DNA from: a virus
Lineage: Duplodnaviria; Heunggongvirae; Uroviricota; Caudoviricetes
IMG/VR virus record: IMGVR_UViG_3300031420_000399
Length of the DNA: 64,000 bases
Strand: one strand, 5' to 3'
Shown: positions 61,722-64,000 of the stretch, in pieces
Layout of the letters: each line of letters starts with the position of its first letter
Numbering within the stretch: position 1 is the first letter of the stretch
Program-made: the position numbers and the translations under genes
Notes under the pieces: model-generated
What the model saw: only the letters and a program-made list of their open reading frames with translations
What the model was told of the DNA's origin: nothing
Database searches by the model: none

Positions 61722-62282
61722 ATGGAAGAGCAGACAGTACGAGATCGCACCCGGAGTGCGCTCATCGATGGCCTTCGGGCCACCAACCTCGTGGTCGTCC
61801 TGGGAGAGAGCCACATTCCCGGACAGCTCAAGGTCGATGAGCTCATGAGCTACCTCGAGAATGCCGGGGTGCTGGCGGCTGAAGAAGCACCGGAACCTGA
61901 AGGCACCGAGGTCGCCCTGGAGCTCAAGAGGACCTCCTACGCCATGCCTGAGCAGTATGAAGCATTCCTCGATGGCCGGCAGGTCGGTTACCTCCGGCTT
62001 CGCCACGGAACCTTTCGAGCCCACTACCCGGACCACATGGCCCCTCCTGTCTACATCGCTGAGACTATGGGCTCCGCATCCTTCGATGGCCGAGAGCGAG
62101 AGCAGCAGATCCGAGCAGCTCTCGTCGAGATCCTAAAGGCCGATGGGCTGGAGAATCCGATCCCGGGCTTCGACCTCCCCGAGCGTCACGATGAAGAGAT
62201 GATCGAGGAAGTCCGAGTTCTTATGGAGGATACCAGCTCGACTCTCCGAACCCGGCGCTCGAGGACCGGCCGGCACAGCTAA
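61722..62282 (+). CDS. hypothetical protein (186 aa)
   Basis: SD AGAAGGAA. Confidence 0.55.
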   Translation: MEEQTVRDRTRSALIDGLRATNLVVVLGESHIPGQLKVDELMSYLENAGVLAAEEAPEPEGTEVALELKRTSYAMPEQYEAFLDGRQVGYLRLRHGTFRAHYPDHMAPPVYIAETMGSASFDGREREQQIRAALVEILKADGLENPIPGFDLPERHDEEMIEEVRVLMEDTSSTLRTRRSRTGRHS

Positions 62283-62319
62283 GGTTTCAGTGAGATTCCT
62301 CAGAGATCACCCAGAACCT

Positions 62320-62898
62320 ATGGTGGAGCGGGAAAGCTCGTTTGCTTCTGCCGTCGAACAGGCGACTTCCCCTGTGGTAGATGCTGCGGCTTCGACAGCC
62401 CCAGAGGAGAGCACCGAGAGCCAGGCACAGGATGAAACGCCGAAGCCTAGAGGCATCTACTTCGGTCAGCTCCTTGCAGTGACTGGTTTCTGGTCAGGGG
62501 CAGCTCTCCTCCCCTGGCTCTCGGGAAACCCCGAGCCCATGTTCGGAGCTGTGCCAGCTGGGCTCTACGCGACGGTTGCACTCCCTTTCAGCCTCTACTT
62601 CGCTACCGTGGCGAACCCTCAGGTACCGATCACTTCTAGGCCATATGGCCTTGAGCGCATCGACCAGGATGGAAAGAGAACCGTCTACGGCCTCGCGCAA
62701 ATCCACCGAAGGATGACAGCCGAGGAAGAGGAAGCGCTCAGGGCTGGCAACGCAGCTGCTCAGCTCAAGCGACTTGCGAGGTTAGAGCTAGAGAGGTCCC
62801 AGCGGCGAGAGATGAGGGCGCTTCGAAAGCTGGAACGCGCTACCCGAAGAAAGCAGTCGCTCATGGCTAGGCTTTCTGAGCTCGAACAGAGGCGATAG
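62320..62898 (+). CDS. membrane protein with C-terminal coiled coil (192 aa)
   Basis: ATG 62320 (track GTG 62290 also possible); two TM helices then Arg/Glu-rich coiled coil. Confidence 0.5.
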   Translation: MVERESSFASAVEQATSPVVDAAASTAPEESTESQAQDETPKPRGIYFGQLLAVTGFWSGAALLPWLSGNPEPMFGAVPAGLYATVALPFSLYFATVANPQVPITSRPYGLERIDQDGKRTVYGLAQIHRRMTAEEEEALRAGNAAAQLKRLARLELERSQRREMRALRKLERATRRKQSLMARLSELEQRR

Positions 62899-62942
62899 TC
62901 CCAGAGCATCACGAACCGCAGACCTTCCCGGAGGTAGAGCCC

Positions 62943-63515
62943 ATGACTGACCCAGAGATCACCGAAAATAGCTCCTCGGAGCACCTCGAAGATGGAGTGC
63001 CTCCGAGGCCTCACTTCGGTCTCTCCAGGCGTGGTACAGTCGGGCTGATCATCGTCGCTGCACTTCTGGTTGGGGGTGCTGTCGGGCTGGTCAAGTGGAA
63101 CGAGAACCACAATGAGCTCCAGGCTGCACAGCGCTCAGAGGCGCTGGCTCAAGCCTGGAAGAAGGCTCAGCCCAAGAGGGCTCAGGGCGTCGACTTCGAG
63201 CTCAAGATCTCCAGTACCAGCGCTGCAGGCCATCCGGTGCTCGTCTTCGATCACAGTGGCAAGGTCACTGCCAAGGACAGCTGTTTTCAGGCTTCGAGCA
63301 AGTACATGGTCCTCAAGGATGGCAGCCTTGTGATCCGAGATCTCAGTGGAACTGATAGCGGAAATCGGGGAGACTGTGCCGGCAAGAGCATCAGCCCGAT
63401 CTTCCTCAGTAGCAAGGTGAGCTTCCAGGGCAAGGGCTGGACAGCCTACGGTCCAGATGAAAAGGCCCTAGTTGAGAATCTCAAGGAGATAGACTCAAAG
63501 GTGAAGACAGCCTGA
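62943..63515 (+). CDS. membrane-anchored protein, possibly META-like (190 aa)
   Basis: SD GGAGGTAGAG; N-terminal TM helix; two conserved Cys. Confidence 0.5.
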   Translation: MTDPEITENSSSEHLEDGVPPRPHFGLSRRGTVGLIIVAALLVGGAVGLVKWNENHNELQAAQRSEALAQAWKKAQPKRAQGVDFELKISSTSAAGHPVLVFDHSGKVTAKDSCFQASSKYMVLKDGSLVIRDLSGTDSGNRGDCAGKSISPIFLSSKVSFQGKGWTAYGPDEKALVENLKEIDSKVKTA

Positions 63516-63588
63516 GTCCAGGAGGTTTCAGCCCGACGGCTTCGGTAGGATGAACCCTGACAGACACTTAGCATTCGAGCACCGGGAG

Positions 63589-64000
63589 ATGGCCGTGGCA
63601 AAAGAGTACGGCGAGCGCATCGAGGTAGAATCCGAGCCTCTGAGCTCCAAGAGCCTCGGGAGCTTCGACTCAAGCGACTCCGAGGGCAACCTAGAGATCG
63701 TAACAGTCGAGGAACAGGTCTTTAGGACCAGCCTCCAGGGGACCAGCGCAGTGGGCTACAAGTTCAGCAGGGAACGGGTCGGCAAGCTCAAGAGCTCCAG
63801 CGCTCTGCGGCTGTTCAACAACTTCTTCTCCTTCCTCATCTGTGGCTTCGCCATCTACCTACTCCTCAACCCCAAGGTTGACCTGGGTCTGCCCAACATC
63901 GTCTACAGCCTTTCTGCCTTCGGCGTCTTCCTCTTCCTAACCTCCATCGAGAACAGGAAGCTCAGGAAGATCCTACTCCTCAAGAACAGCCACAAGGCAA
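63589..64000 (+). CDS. partial CDS (runs off window end), membrane protein
   Basis: ATG after TAGCAT (63569-63574); open frame to window end with hydrophobic segments; not in ORF track because there is no stop. Confidence 0.35.
   Translation, partial: MAVAKEYGERIEVESEPLSSKSLGSFDSSDSEGNLEIVTVEEQVFRTSLQGTSAVGYKFSRERVGKLKSSSALRLFNNFFSFLICGFAIYLLLNPKVDLGLPNIVYSLSAFGVFLFLTSIENRKLRKILLLKNSHKA

Overview
High-GC, very gene-dense window with about 95 predicted protein genes, all but one on the + strand; many are short and many have overlapping stop/start junctions (ATGA, GTGA, TGATG). There are no rRNA, tRNA, ribosomal-protein or other core housekeeping genes, and no CRISPR array. Most products are hypothetical. 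Domains I can recognise by eye are: a C-terminal TerD-like domain on a 714-aa protein, a BNR/Asp-box repeat secreted protein, a TPM-domain and SPFH/band-7 pair, DUF808, PGPGW, DUF3592-like membrane proteins, a META/HslJ-like protein, a GNAT-like protein, a classical AAA ATPase, a CDF-type cation transporter, an LRV/HEAT-like repeat protein, a SprT-like zincin, a HAD-type domain, an Lsr2-like N-terminal domain, a membrane fatty-acid desaturase, a MazG-like pyrophosphohydrolase, and a Zn-ribbon protein with a DUF559/Vsr-like nuclease C-terminus. The main organising feature is one sigma-A-type promoter consensus (-35 TTGCGC/TTGACA, 17 +/- 1 spacer, -10 tgTAGGAT/tgTATGGT, fitting TANNNT) recurring at least 35 times. 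In about half of these a start codon lies 6-7 nt after the -10, implying leaderless mRNAs. Strong hairpin terminators cut the window into many short transcription units. Paralogy is extensive: a 7-gene translationally coupled array (9678-12301); four divergent secreted paralogs with TTG starts (17090-22142) next to the BNR protein; and several tandem pairs or triplets. Non-coding structure includes a candidate about 110-nt sRNA (679-790) whose first 60 nt are duplicated as the 5' leader of the TerD-domain gene with three palindromes between them; an iteron-like repeat cluster (24443-24629); and a small family of related hairpin elements. Overall this looks like part of a large actinobacterial virus or other mobile element (an Lsr2-like gene and leaderless, TTG/GTG-start usage fit an Actinomycetota host), but no capsid, terminase or portal gene is in the window, so this stays an inference. 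All coordinates were checked against the ORF track where possible; hand-derived positions may be off by 1-2 nt.
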